Shown here in pieces: positions 1-10,521 of a stretch of DNA of 64,000 bases (position 1 is the stretch's first letter; every line of letters begins with the position of its first letter). A program made the position numbers and the translations under genes. The notes beneath the pieces were generated by a model. That model worked only from the letters and a program-made list of their open reading frames with translations, was not told where the DNA came from and did no database searches. Location: positions 1,696,001 to 1,760,000 of the forward strand of contig OZ242374.1 of the NCBI GenBank assembly GCA_965209055.1. The letters are read 5' to 3'. The stretch is from Acidobacteriota bacterium (GTDB lineage Bacteria > Acidobacteriota > UBA6911 > RPQK01 > JAJDTT01).

Positions 1-1217
1 TCCCGGATGTAGGAGAACTCCCGGCTCCGGCCGGCTCGAACCAGGGCGTTTCGCCGCCCCGAATTGAAGGTTCCGGTGGGGAAGGTGGACTGGAGATGTC
101 CATGGTAGTCGCCCACCTGGGCATGGACGGCATCTCGCAACGGCCGTTCCGCTCCCCGGCTCACCCAGTCCATCAGGTCCCGGCCCTGCACGTAGTCGGG
201 AACCGGAATGCCGGCCAGGGAGAGGAAAGTGGGGAAAAGATCCACCAGATCCACGAGGCCGGGGATCCGGATTCCCCGGCGGGCCGTCAGGTTCGTGGGC
301 GGGCGGATCACCAGCGGGACGTGGGTCAGGCACTCGTACGGAACCTCGCACTTCTCGAAGAGTCCCTTCTCCCCCATGAAATCGCCGTGGTCGGAGGCGA
401 AGACCACCCAGGTGTTCTCCAGCAGGTCCCGTTCGGCCAGGGCCTGGAAGACCCGATTCATCTGGTCGTCCACGTAGCGGATCATGCCGTTATAGACGGC
501 CACCACCTTCTTGAGATCGCGTTCCGATGCCTCATCGGTCCTGACTTCCCTGAGGGCCTGGCGCTGCCAGGCGGGCCTCGCCCCGTCGTGGTCCATCACC
601 GGGAGAACGACCTGGTCCGGGTCCACCAGGGAATCGTAGGGAGGAGGCACAAAATAGGAGGGATGGGGGTCGTTGAAGGAGAAGTGGAGAAAGAAGGGCA
701 TGCGGGATCGTCGCGCCGTGTCGATCATGCGGATCGACCGGTCCGCCAGCAGCGCCGAATGTCCCTCCTCGGGAGCGCATTCGATAGCTCCGCACGACCA
801 GCCCACGTCCTTTCGGCCATGCGAGTACTTGGTCTCCAGAGCGCGGGCCAGGGGCCCCGGCTCACGCAGGTCCACCTGCTCGTACCAGCCGCGGCTCAGG
901 TTGCGCCCTTGCTCGAAATGACCCGCCACCGCCGTGTAGTAACCGGCTGAGGCGAAGAGCTCGGACATCTGAGGCAGGTTCAGAGGGGCCTTGTTCTGCC
1001 AGCAGGTGACCTGGTGGACCAGAGGGTGGACGCCGGTGAAGACGGAGGCGCGGCTGGGAGTGCAGATGGTGCTGGCGGCATAGGTCTCGGGAAAAGTGAT
1101 TCCTTCCGCGGCCAGGCCTCCCATGAAGGGGCAGGAGATCAGCGAGTTCCCCAGAATGGGGGCCGCCGAGGCCTTGAGTTGATCGGCGGTGATGTAGACG
1201 AGGTTGGGCTTGTCCAT
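1..1217 (-). CDS. Sulfatase-family hydrolase (3' end runs off the window)
   Basis: Manual translation from ATG 1217: MDKPNLVYITADQL...ICTPSRASVFTG, containing the formylglycine sulfatase motif CxPSR. Confidence 0.85.
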   Translation of the reverse strand, partial: MDKPNLVYITADQLKASAAPILGNSLISCPFMGGLAAEGITFPETYAASTICTPSRASVFTGVHPLVHQVTCWQNKAPLNLPQMSELFASAGYYTAVAGHFEQGRNLSRGWYEQVDLREPGPLARALETKYSHGRKDVGWSCGAIECAPEEGHSALLADRSIRMIDTARRSRMPFFLHFSFNDPHPSYFVPPPYDSLVDPDQVVLPVMDHDGARPAWQRQALREVRTDEASERDLKKVVAVYNGMIRYVDDQMNRVFQALAERDLLENTWVVFASDHGDFMGEKGLFEKCEVPYECLTHVPLVIRPPTNLTARRGIRIPGLVDLVDLFPTFLSLAGIPVPDYVQGRDLMDWVSRGAERPLRDAVHAQVGDYHGHLQSTFPTGTFNSGRRNALVRAGRSREFSYIR

Positions 1218-1261
1218 CGTCTTCAACTCGAGTGGACTCTGCCGGTCCTGTGAGCTTCCCC

Positions 1262-3088
1262 TCAATTCGGCACGATCCGATGGGTCGCCGTCGCCATCCT
1301 TCCGGTGAGACTCTGGCGGACTACGACGACCAGGTCGTGGGGCCCGTCCGGCGTGACACCTGCTGCCATGGGGACGAAGTGCTTGTAGCGGAGGAACTTG
1401 GCCAGGTCCTGCTGGTTGAAGTCCAGGTCGATCTTCTCGACGAAGTAGAAATTTTCCCCGACCCATTTCCCGGAGTCGTCGAAGAGTGCCCCGAACATCT
1501 CGATGACGCACTGGTTCTGTCCGCCCTGGGATCTGAAGATGAAGGCTCCGGTCGGGATTCGGGCCTGGACCTGCACTTGACCGTTCCGGTTCAGGACCTG
1601 AGTATCGACCGGAAAGTCCTGGAACAGATCGGGGAACTTGAACGCGTTGGCCAGATCGACGGTTTCGGCTTCCCTCGGGTCCTCTTCGACGTAACCTTCC
1701 CGGTACCGCAACCGGACGCCTCTTCTCTTGACCTTCACCTTGATCTTGTGGAACTTGCCCTTCTTCCGAATCGAGGTCGGTACGTATCCCATGAGGTAGT
1801 ACCGGCTGCCGTCCCGGTAGGCGCTGCGGATCGGGCGTTCCAGGTCGTTGTCGTCGGCGAACCAGAGCCCGCCGGTCTCCATGGAGAGGGAGGCCAGAAA
1901 CTGGTGGGGGGACGTAATGTCCTCGGTGGAATAGGTCGGGTAGAGATAGTTGGCCGAACCTCTGTGTTCAGGGTTGCCGATCGCCGGGACCATCAGCCCT
2001 CGGGGATCGATGCTGTACACCGAAACCTGGGCTCGATTGGCCTGGCGTACGGCCGACCCAAGCCGGTTGAGCAGGTGGGAGGCCTCGGAGGCTCCCGCCA
2101 TGTAGTTGCTGGCTGCCAGATGGATCAGGGTGATCTGTCCCGGCGAGTAGGTGATGGCTCGCTGGAAAATCAGGTGGCTGACAGTCCGCTTGGCGTCGAG
2201 AGGATAACCCTTGGAGAAGTAGATCAACTGCTTTCGTCCCGGCAGAGAGCCCAGATGCCGGGAGAGGGCGCCAATGGCGGCGCAGGTGAAGTCCACTTGC
2301 AGCTCGACCTTCACCAGGAGAGCGCGGCCGTAGTCCGCTGCTTCGGAGATGGCTCCATCCAGATTCGGATCGAGTCTCTGCTCTCCGGCCCCGGTCTGAC
2401 CGGGATCGAAAGTGTCCAGGGCTCCCGCTTCCATGCGGGCGAATGCATAGTCCATCTGCTCGATGAACTTGGCGATGCTGGTCTCCTCAAAATCCCTGGC
2501 GACCAGTTGGTCGAGGGTGGCGTCCAATCGGGAAATGTCGCTGGTGAAGGGCATTTCGACTTTAAACTGCGGCCGAATGCTGGCCACCATCACCTGGTCG
2601 GTGGGAGCCAGTTCGGAGCGGGCGAACCGTCGAATGGATTCCTTGACCCGTTCCAGCCCATGAAAGGACATGGACTGCAGGTCGAACAGGAAGACGAAAT
2701 AGCCCCTGTCCTGCGGGGTCGTGGGGAGGGTCCTGGCGGCGAGGGCCGGTGCCGGAACGGAGCCCGTTTCGACTTCCGAAACCAGTTGTTCCTCGGACCC
2801 GGCTCTCTTGCGCAGGTCGAAGAAGGTCAGGCGCTGGAGCTTGCCGTCCTCGAAGACCTGGATTTCCTCGGGTTTCAGGTCATGAACGAACTGTCCCCGC
2901 TTGTCGGTGACCACCAGGTCGACGAGGACGACCTCGGATTGGGCCCGGAAAGAGGGGACCGGCTCCTGCTGGGCATCGACGGGAACCAGAGTGAACCCCA
3001 GGAAACCGACGGCCCATGACAGGCGGCGAAATCGCATGGCGGCAACAGAAAGGATTGCGAGTCCGTTCACAGAATACAGGCGGAACAT
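1262..3088 (-). CDS. VWA domain protein, acidobacterial type (start uncertain)
   Basis: Signal peptide, then VLVDLVVTDKRGQFVHDLKPEEIQVFEDG, LPGRKQLIYFSKG, YYLMGYVP...GKFHKIKVKV...RYREGY. Confidence 0.8.
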   Translation of the reverse strand: MFRLYSVNGLAILSVAAMRFRRLSWAVGFLGFTLVPVDAQQEPVPSFRAQSEVVLVDLVVTDKRGQFVHDLKPEEIQVFEDGKLQRLTFFDLRKRAGSEEQLVSEVETGSVPAPALAARTLPTTPQDRGYFVFLFDLQSMSFHGLERVKESIRRFARSELAPTDQVMVASIRPQFKVEMPFTSDISRLDATLDQLVARDFEETSIAKFIEQMDYAFARMEAGALDTFDPGQTGAGEQRLDPNLDGAISEAADYGRALLVKVELQVDFTCAAIGALSRHLGSLPGRKQLIYFSKGYPLDAKRTVSHLIFQRAITYSPGQITLIHLAASNYMAGASEASHLLNRLGSAVRQANRAQVSVYSIDPRGLMVPAIGNPEHRGSANYLYPTYSTEDITSPHQFLASLSMETGGLWFADDNDLERPIRSAYRDGSRYYLMGYVPTSIRKKGKFHKIKVKVKRRGVRLRYREGYVEEDPREAETVDLANAFKFPDLFQDFPVDTQVLNRNGQVQVQARIPTGAFIFRSQGGQNQCVIEMFGALFDDSGKWVGENFYFVEKIDLDFNQQDLAKFLRYKHFVPMAAGVTPDGPHDLVVVVRQSLTGRMATATHRIVPN

Positions 3089-3168
3089 TTTATCAGGCCC
3101 GGTCTTCTGATGACGCCGGGATTTTCCCGAGGTCCGCCTTTGCCGAAAAGCTCCGGTATACTCGAGTC

Positions 3169-3693
3169 GTGAGATTCATCTTTCCGGCCGTTCTGGCCTG
3201 GGTGGCCATATTGCCTGGAACGGTTTTGGCTCAGGATTCAGAACCGCCGATTTCGGCACGGAACTTTCTCTGGGTCAACCAGGATTTCTGCACCGCCGGA
3301 CAACCGACCCACCAGGACCTGATCCGGCTGAAGCAGAAAGGGGTCCAATCGGTCTTGAACCTGCGGACCACCGCCGAGGATCCCGGCGTGGCGAAAGAGG
3401 GAGCTGCCGTCAAGGCGCTGGGACTCAACTATTTCCATCTGCCGGTGGACTCGAGTCACCTGACTCCCAAGTTGGGAGACGAGTTTCTGCGGATCGTCTC
3501 GGACGAGTCGAACCGGCCTCTCTTCATCCATTGCGCCAGCGCCAACCGGGTCGGAGCGTTCTGGATTCTTCACCGGGTGGTCAACCATGGCTGGAGCCTG
3601 GCCGAGGCGGAGGAGGAGGCCCGGAAGATCGGCCTCCGGTCCCGGGAGTTGCTGGAGTTCGCCCGGAAATACCTGGAACGGGCTGGCCACTGA
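3169..3693 (+). CDS. Exported tyrosine-phosphatase-like / sulfur transferase domain protein
   Basis: Signal peptide; AGQPT, VLNLR and HCASANR (Cx5R) motifs. Confidence 0.75.
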   Translation: MRFIFPAVLAWVAILPGTVLAQDSEPPISARNFLWVNQDFCTAGQPTHQDLIRLKQKGVQSVLNLRTTAEDPGVAKEGAAVKALGLNYFHLPVDSSHLTPKLGDEFLRIVSDESNRPLFIHCASANRVGAFWILHRVVNHGWSLAEAEEEARKIGLRSRELLEFARKYLERAGH

Positions 3694-3710
3694 ATTCCTG
3701 GAGGTCTGAT

Positions 3711-6566
3711 ATGCGCTGGAATCTGGGGCTGACCTTGCTTTTTCTGTCTTGCGCCGTTGCGGCCCGGGGCCAGACCGGGCCCAAGATCTGGCAGGAATCC
3801 AGCTTCGAGGATTTCGCCGACGGCCGCTTCGGAGACGGCGGCGCCAACACCTACGTTTCGCGGCGGGGGCGCATCCAGTTGGTGAATCGGTGGGATCTGA
3901 ACCAGGACGGGTTCATCGACCTGGTCTTCTCCAACACGCATCCCCACAAGGAGAAGATGGACGCGGCCATCTACTGGGGAAACGGCAGGGACTTCGACGT
4001 GTCCCGGCGCTCCTTCATTCCCAACGACGGCGCCCAGTGGGCGGCCTCCGGCGATCTGAACGGTGACGGGCGGATGGATGTCGTCTTCCCCAACTATACC
4101 AACGGAACTTGGGACGGCATGGATTCGTTCGTCTACTTCGGCGGGATCGAAGAATTGAAGACCCGCCGCGACGATTCGGCGTGGGGTTTCCACCCCTTTT
4201 CCAGGAAGATCTCCCTTCCGTCTCGGGCGGCCCAGGGAGCCGCCGTCGCCGATCTGAACCGGGACGGGCACCCTGACGTGATTCTGGCCCTGTCCGCCGG
4301 GTTCTGGGAATACCGCGTCGGCTTTCGGGACGGCGGTTACGATTCACCGTCCCGGGTCTTCTGGGGGTCGGCGCAGGGACCGGACCGGGAGCGCTATGTG
4401 GACGTCCCGGCGCTGGGGGCCTCGGACGCCGCCGTCGCCGATCTGAACCAGGATGGATGGCCCGATCTCATTCTGGCCAACCAGGAGGACAAGGGGAACC
4501 AGGACATCGACTCCTATGTCCTGTGGGGAGGGGAGAAGGGTTTCAGTCCCCAACGCAAGGTGGATCTTCCGACCCATCAGGCCTTTGCCGTGGAACCGGC
4601 CGACGTGAACGGCGACGGCCGCACCGATCTGGTGTTCGCCAACGGGAAGGGACCGGCTTCGTTCGTCTATCTCAACGGCGAGGAGGGCTTCTCGGCCGAC
4701 CGGCGCCTGGAGCTTCCCACCAGCGACGCCCGGGACGCCGCCGTCGCCGATTTCAACGGCGACGGCCACCAGGACATCTTCTTCACCAATCACCAGTCCC
4801 ACGGAAACCCGCTCACCCATTCCTATCTGTACTGGGGCTCTGAGGATGGGTTCTCCGAGGACCGGCGCCAGGATTTCGAGACGGTGGGAGCGTGGGGCGC
4901 CTCGGCCGCCGATCTGAATCGGGACGGGCACGTGGACCTGGTCATCTCCAACTACAAGGAACACTTTTCGTTCGAGGTTCCCTCCTATATCCAGTGGAAC
5001 TCGGAAGAGGGGTTCGCTCCCACCCGCCGCACCTCCCTCTTCACAACGGGAGCGGTGGGCAACCTGGTGACCGACTTCGACGGCGACGGGCACCTCGACG
5101 TCCTCTTCAACAACACGGTGGCGCGAAGCCGGGGCGGGGACAGTCCCATTTTCGTCTATTGGGGAGATGCGCACGGCCAATACAGCGTCGATCGGCGGAT
5201 CTCGCTGCCCGCCGTCGATCCCTATGAATGGGGATCGGCGGACCTGGACGACGACGGCTGGACCGATCTGGTGGTCTCCAACTTCGGCGAGACGGTCAGG
5301 TGGCGCCAGGAAAGCCACATCTACTGGGGTGACAGGCAGGGGTTCCACGCCGGCAAGCGATCCGCCCTGATGGGACGCGGCAGCGCCGGCGTGAGCATCG
5401 CCGATCTGGACCGGGACGGATGGCTGGACGTGGTCCTGTCCAACGTCCCCAGTGAGGAGTTGGCGGAAACGGGAGCCTTCGTCTACTGGGGCGCCGGCGA
5501 AGGGTTCGTGGTTACCGAGCGGCTGGAGCTGGACAACGGACCCACCGGCATCCCCGCCATTGCCGACCTGAACCGGGACGGACACCTGGACCTCCTGTTC
5601 TCGGCCAACGCGGAGGGCGTCCCCATCTATTGGGGCGACGGAAGCCGGGGCTACTCCTCGTCGCGCCGCAGTATCGTGCCCGGATCGGCCGGCCTCCGGG
5701 GCGTGGAAGTCGCCGATCTGAATCGGGACGGAGTGCTGGACCTGGTGCTGAGCCGCTCCATCGAAGCGGGCTCCCGGGCGACCACCGGGTTCGTCTATTG
5801 GGGTGCGGGGGAGGGAGAATACTCGGCCGGCCGGCGCACCGAATTCGAGATCGAGGGGACCAACCTGATCACGGTGGCGGACGTGAACCAGGACGGATGG
5901 CTGGACCTGGTGTGCCCCAACTACAACACCGGATCGAGCCGGGCGACACTCTCACGGGTCCATCTGGGCGGACCCGACGGGTTCGACCCGAAGCGGATGT
6001 TCAAGCTGCCCACCAACTCGGGGGCCGGAAGCATGGTGGCGGACTTCAACCAGGACGGATACGCCGACATCCTCTTCGTCTGCCATCGTTCCGAGGGGGA
6101 TCCCAACCGGATCGGCTCCTTCGGCGATCACGTCACCAACTCCTTACTCTACTGGGGAGGAGGCGACGGCTTCCGGGCGGACCGCCGTCTGGAGATCCCG
6201 GTCCGCGGACCCCATAACGACTCGGGAGTGGACCTGGGCAACATCTACGACCGGCGTTTCGAGTTCGACTACGTCTCGTCGGCGCACTCGTTCTCGGAGG
6301 GCCGTCCGGCCAACCTGACCTGGAGGGCTCAGACGGCCCATGGCAGCCGGGTGCGTTTCCAGATCAGAACGGCCGAGTCGGAAGAAAAATTGGACGGCGC
6401 CGCGTGGCGGGGACCCGGCGGTCCGGCGACTTTCTTCGAGCATCCCGCCGCAATCCCGGATACGGACCCCTCACATGCGGTGATTCAATACCGGGCGACT
6501 CTCCATCCGGCCGCGACGGGAGTCGTATCGCCGATCCTGGAAGAAGTCGTGGTGCTGTTCCGGTAG
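3711..6566 (+). CDS. Secreted FG-GAP/VCBS repeat protein
   Basis: RBS GGAGG, signal peptide, many ADLNxDGxxDLV repeats each followed by YWG. Confidence 0.85.
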   Translation: MRWNLGLTLLFLSCAVAARGQTGPKIWQESSFEDFADGRFGDGGANTYVSRRGRIQLVNRWDLNQDGFIDLVFSNTHPHKEKMDAAIYWGNGRDFDVSRRSFIPNDGAQWAASGDLNGDGRMDVVFPNYTNGTWDGMDSFVYFGGIEELKTRRDDSAWGFHPFSRKISLPSRAAQGAAVADLNRDGHPDVILALSAGFWEYRVGFRDGGYDSPSRVFWGSAQGPDRERYVDVPALGASDAAVADLNQDGWPDLILANQEDKGNQDIDSYVLWGGEKGFSPQRKVDLPTHQAFAVEPADVNGDGRTDLVFANGKGPASFVYLNGEEGFSADRRLELPTSDARDAAVADFNGDGHQDIFFTNHQSHGNPLTHSYLYWGSEDGFSEDRRQDFETVGAWGASAADLNRDGHVDLVISNYKEHFSFEVPSYIQWNSEEGFAPTRRTSLFTTGAVGNLVTDFDGDGHLDVLFNNTVARSRGGDSPIFVYWGDAHGQYSVDRRISLPAVDPYEWGSADLDDDGWTDLVVSNFGETVRWRQESHIYWGDRQGFHAGKRSALMGRGSAGVSIADLDRDGWLDVVLSNVPSEELAETGAFVYWGAGEGFVVTERLELDNGPTGIPAIADLNRDGHLDLLFSANAEGVPIYWGDGSRGYSSSRRSIVPGSAGLRGVEVADLNRDGVLDLVLSRSIEAGSRATTGFVYWGAGEGEYSAGRRTEFEIEGTNLITVADVNQDGWLDLVCPNYNTGSSRATLSRVHLGGPDGFDPKRMFKLPTNSGAGSMVADFNQDGYADILFVCHRSEGDPNRIGSFGDHVTNSLLYWGGGDGFRADRRLEIPVRGPHNDSGVDLGNIYDRRFEFDYVSSAHSFSEGRPANLTWRAQTAHGSRVRFQIRTAESEEKLDGAAWRGPGGPATFFEHPAAIPDTDPSHAVIQYRATLHPAATGVVSPILEEVVVLFR

Positions 6567-6678
6567 GGGATTCGCTCCCGGCATCTGCAACCGGGGAGAC
6601 TCTACGATTTCCATCCGGAGACGGTGGGACTCGTTCTCAACGTGACTGATCTCCACAAAACCTCGGTACCGAAGTAGC

Positions 6679-7086
6679 CTACGCGCTTCGCGGTGTCACC
6701 AGTTTCACTGCAGGGAAGTAGGTCTGGTATCGCCTTGTGTCTCTGGTGAGAAGTGTCAGTCCTTGTGTCTCGGCGTGCGCGCCGATGTAGAAATCCGGCA
6801 GCGGCGATGCCCGCACACCTCCGGCTCGGCGATACTGGATAAAGGCTCTCGCCGCGAGGAATCCAGCTTCGTACGGTAGCTGAAAACGCACCAGCATAAG
6901 GGAGTTCAGGTAATGATCCAATTCTCTGGGATCGGTGAAAGAGACGGATGTCTCGGCGTAGATGATCGGGTTGATTCCAACGACTCCGGAGACCAGAGAA
7001 TCACGTATTGCGTGCTCCGACCAGGGACGCCAGACCGGGTCGTCCGAGAGGATGTCGAGCAATACGTTGGTGTCGACCAGAAACAC
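6679..7086 (-). CDS. vapC: PIN-domain toxin (VapC family)
   Basis: MFLVDTNVLLD...PDFYIGAHA...LLTRD. Confidence 0.85.
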   Translation of the reverse strand: MFLVDTNVLLDILSDDPVWRPWSEHAIRDSLVSGVVGINPIIYAETSVSFTDPRELDHYLNSLMLVRFQLPYEAGFLAARAFIQYRRAGGVRASPLPDFYIGAHAETQGLTLLTRDTRRYQTYFPAVKLVTPRSA

Positions 7087-7317
7087 TCAGTCGTCCCCGC
7101 GCGTGAGCCGCATCACATCATCGGTACTGAGTCCTCTGTCCGCGACGCCGCGTGCGTCACGGAGGCGCTGCTCGATGAGAGCTCGTTTGCTCAACACGGG
7201 ACGAATCAACACTCCACCGTCGGACTCTTCGAAGGCCGCCTCCGTATTGGGGAGCAGTCCGAACTTCAGCCTGAATCGCTGGGGGATCGTCACCTGACCC
7301 TTGGATGTAATTTTCAT
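7087..7317 (-). CDS. AbrB/MazE-family antitoxin
   Basis: MKITSKGQVTIPQRFR; directly upstream of the PIN toxin. Confidence 0.85.
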   Translation of the reverse strand: MKITSKGQVTIPQRFRLKFGLLPNTEAAFEESDGGVLIRPVLSKRALIEQRLRDARGVADRGLSTDDVMRLTRGDD

Positions 7318-7455
7318 TGTAAGAGTATTACCAGCTATAGTCTTACAATCAAGTCCCATCGAGTGATGGTGTATGCGGATCGGTGATGTCAGCATGCCTT
7401 TAGCGAATTTCGGATTATCGGATCGTGTGAAGGCAGAAAAAACCGCAATCCGCCG

Positions 7456-8499
7456 TCAGCCTTGAATCCCGTAAATCTCCATGGCGGTCCCGCCGCGAAT
7501 CTGGGCGATGTCGCTTTCGCTCATGTACGGGCACCGCTCCTTGATGTAATCGAACTGGTGCAGGTACTGCTCGACGGTGGGAAGGTCCACGTGGGTGTAC
7601 TCGGAGCCCCACATGAGCTTGGACGGGCCGAAGGTGTCGTAATACGCCTTGAGGACCGCATCTCCGGGGCCGTACATGTCGGACCGGTGCTGGAGTCCGG
7701 GGAGGATCTCCATGACCACGTTGTAATTCTTGACCAACTCGACGACCGCGTCAGGAATTCGGACGGAGCCGTCGTCCTGCACGCAGCTTGGCGGCCAGTA
7801 ACCATGAATGATGACCACCTTGAGATCCGGAAACTTCTTGAGCACGTTCAAGAGGCCTGGCCCCAGGGTCTTGAAGTTGTACGAATAGGAAGTGACGCAG
7901 GCGGGAACACCCAGTGACTGGACCAGTTCCCATTGAGGGTCGTAACGGGAGTGGTCGAAGTGGTGGAAGGGGTCGGGAGTGCCCCACTCCTTGGGGTCCA
8001 TCCCCATTTCCACCCTCTGCTCCGGCGGCCAGCAGTCGTAGTACCACCCCTTGAACCCCCATTCCTCGATGTGTTTCTGGATCAGCTTCAGCCCGCGGTC
8101 ACCGGGCAGCAACCGTTCGTCGATCTTGCTGATGGCGACGAACCGGCCCGGATGCTCCTTCATCATCCGGCGGTGGTACCGGTGCAGGTAGAAGGCGCAC
8201 TGGAGCACCTGCATGTCGATGCCGACGGAATCCATCAGGTAGAGGTTGTCCCGGGCGCCCATCCCGTACTTCCAGTTCTTCCTGTACTCGCCCTCCAGGT
8301 CCTGAATCTCAACCTGGCTGATGTGGCCATGCGCATCGATCTTCATGGGTGTGTCGTCTTTCCTGGTGTGACTTGAGATACCGGCGCTTCTCGCCTCGGC
8401 TCCGGCGAGGTGGGCCGCGGCGGCGGTCCCCAGGGCCTGGGCGGATCGGTGAAGGAAACCGCGGCGCGTCTGGCCGCCGTCAACTCGAGAACTGGACAC
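7456..8499 (-). CDS. Amidohydrolase-family protein with Tat signal
   Basis: TRRGFL, IDAHGH, FGPSKLMWGSEY. Confidence 0.75.
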   Translation of the reverse strand: MSSSRVDGGQTRRGFLHRSAQALGTAAAAHLAGAEARSAGISSHTRKDDTPMKIDAHGHISQVEIQDLEGEYRKNWKYGMGARDNLYLMDSVGIDMQVLQCAFYLHRYHRRMMKEHPGRFVAISKIDERLLPGDRGLKLIQKHIEEWGFKGWYYDCWPPEQRVEMGMDPKEWGTPDPFHHFDHSRYDPQWELVQSLGVPACVTSYSYNFKTLGPGLLNVLKKFPDLKVVIIHGYWPPSCVQDDGSVRIPDAVVELVKNYNVVMEILPGLQHRSDMYGPGDAVLKAYYDTFGPSKLMWGSEYTHVDLPTVEQYLHQFDYIKERCPYMSESDIAQIRGGTAMEIYGIQG

Positions 8500-8571
8500 G
8501 GGTCACCTCCTGGAATACGGAACGTCACTGGTCTGAATCGGAATGGAAGATACGGAATACGACGCTTCGCA

Positions 8572-10287
8572 TCAATATTCCGGGCGGAGTTCGCGGCGGG
8601 AGTCCGATTGTCCGCCTCTCTGACCGGCGGTCCTGACCCATCCCTGCGGCCGGAGCACGACGTCCAGGAAACTGGTCCGATCATTCTGAATCATGACCAA
8701 TTTCGGTCGAAACGTCACCAGTTCCGTCTGGGTCATCTCGGGGCGCGAATAAAAGCTCAAGGAGTAGAGGCCCGTTGGGATTCCTTCAAGGATGAATCGG
8801 CCCTCCTGGGAAAAGCTCCGGAAGATCCCCAGATCGAAACCATCCTTCCTCAATACGATGGTGAAATCCCGCACGGGGTTGCCATCCGTGTCGGCGACAT
8901 TGCCCTCGATCCGTCCTCCGCCCTTGACCCGAAGATCGATGTTGGACTGATAGGCGCGGATCACCTTGGCCTCGGTGATACCGAGTCCCACATGAAGGGC
9001 CGTGGCGTAGATGCGAAAGGGATATTCGCTGGCCTGGTAGGTCTGTGTCGGCTCAGATCTGTCGATCTTCCGGGTGACCGGGGAGACGACGCCCTTGCCG
9101 CTCTCCAGGGCGGTCCCGATCACGAAGGGATTCGCCACGGATTGTCCCTTGCTGTCATAGACGCGCACCGTGAAGCGCCGATACTTCTTGAATTCCTCCA
9201 GGACGGGAAAGATCTCGGTGTCCTGAGTCACCTCGTGGGTCTGCCAGTAGGTCTTGTGTCCCTTGATCTTGACCTCCAGTGTGACGTCGCCTGGAGGCAA
9301 AATGAATTCGAAAAAGCCGCCGCCGCCAGTTGTGGAGTCGGCAAATCCCATTCGTCCGGAATTGGCCTTGACTGCCAGGTCAACGGTTGCGCCGGAGAGA
9401 GAATGTCCATCCCCGTCCGAAACCCGGCCCGAAAGCCGGACCAGCTCGTCCAATTCCGTCACGACGATTTCGAGAGGCGACGAAGTGGGAACCTGCACGT
9501 CGTCCTCAAACGGCTCGTGGGAAATCGAGTGAACGGAGAGTCGATAGGTGCCCTCCGGTATCTCCAGAGAGAAGGAGCCGGCCTGATCGGTCTCGGAATA
9601 GCCCGGTATCCCCATTCTTCTCAGGTAGCGGTTCCGGATCTGGACCGGCGCAGTTGGGGATTCTGTCGGGTCCGAGGAACGGACATTGCGCCTCCCGCGT
9701 GGAATGTCCAAAGAAACTTGAGCCCCCGGAACGCCGTGGCCTGCACTGTCACGGACCGATCCGGTCACGAGTAACCCCGGCGGATTCCTGGGGGTCAGGA
9801 GAACGGTGCACCGTGACTCCGATCCTTCGGCGGCGAAGCCGACATGGTCGGGAACGTACGCGGGGTGGTTGGCCCAAACCCAGTACTGGCCGCGGTCCAG
9901 CTCGAAATAGGCCCTTCCATCGGATCCGGTCTGTTCCGACAATTTCTTGGATCGCGACCACACTTGTGCGACCTGAACCGAGGCTTCCGGCAAGGGAGAC
10001 TGCGTTTCTTCGTCGACGACCAATACCTCGAGGCGGGTGGGTGCATCGGTCCATTCGCCCGATCTCTTCGAGGTCCGGATTGGCGGAACCCCGCGGGCCC
10101 TGCCGATTCCGCTGCCGTCTGGCAGTCGCGGAGGCTGTACGCGTCCATCTTGTGAAATCCGGGCTTGGCCGCCGGAGTGAGAAGCCGATTTCGGCGCGGA
10201 GTCCCGATTCTGATGGTCGATTCGGAAGAGCAGAAAAACCAGAATGACTGCCGCTGCAAGCAGGAGGAGCCAGCGGGCTGGACCCAT
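8572..10287 (-). CDS. Membrane-anchored carboxypeptidase regulatory-like domain protein
   Basis: N-terminal TM helix; repeated GxVxDxxGxPxxGAxV motifs. Confidence 0.65.
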   Translation of the reverse strand: MGPARWLLLLAAAVILVFLLFRIDHQNRDSAPKSASHSGGQARISQDGRVQPPRLPDGSGIGRARGVPPIRTSKRSGEWTDAPTRLEVLVVDEETQSPLPEASVQVAQVWSRSKKLSEQTGSDGRAYFELDRGQYWVWANHPAYVPDHVGFAAEGSESRCTVLLTPRNPPGLLVTGSVRDSAGHGVPGAQVSLDIPRGRRNVRSSDPTESPTAPVQIRNRYLRRMGIPGYSETDQAGSFSLEIPEGTYRLSVHSISHEPFEDDVQVPTSSPLEIVVTELDELVRLSGRVSDGDGHSLSGATVDLAVKANSGRMGFADSTTGGGGFFEFILPPGDVTLEVKIKGHKTYWQTHEVTQDTEIFPVLEEFKKYRRFTVRVYDSKGQSVANPFVIGTALESGKGVVSPVTRKIDRSEPTQTYQASEYPFRIYATALHVGLGITEAKVIRAYQSNIDLRVKGGGRIEGNVADTDGNPVRDFTIVLRKDGFDLGIFRSFSQEGRFILEGIPTGLYSLSFYSRPEMTQTELVTFRPKLVMIQNDRTSFLDVVLRPQGWVRTAGQRGGQSDSRRELRPEY

Positions 10288-10318
10288 TTTTCGCCTCCGG
10301 ACGGTTCTTCAAAGGAGT

Positions 10319-10394
10319 TGGAGGCGGCGACCGGATTCGAACCGGTGAATGGAGGTTTTGCAGACCTCTCCCTTAGCCACTTGGGTACGCCGCC
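10319..10394 (-). tRNA. tRNA-Cys(GCA)
   Basis: Canonical cloverleaf GGCGGCG...CT GCA AA...GGTTCGAATCC...CGCCGCC T CCA; TATAAT upstream. Confidence 0.95.
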
Positions 10395-10521
10395 ACCGTT
10401 TCCGTCCATTATAGGAAACGCCGGAATCGGAACTCAAATGGTGCGAATTCCGTGTCCCGGCGGAATTCTTGACCGGTTGCGGCATTTCCAATAGCTTGCA
10501 GCTCATGCTGGCGGGGACTCC

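Noticed and set aside
96-3019. Long plus-strand ORFs 96-950 and 1232-3019, and similar antisense ORFs elsewhere
   Set aside because: They are shadows of recognisable genes on the opposite strand, as expected in high-GC DNA.
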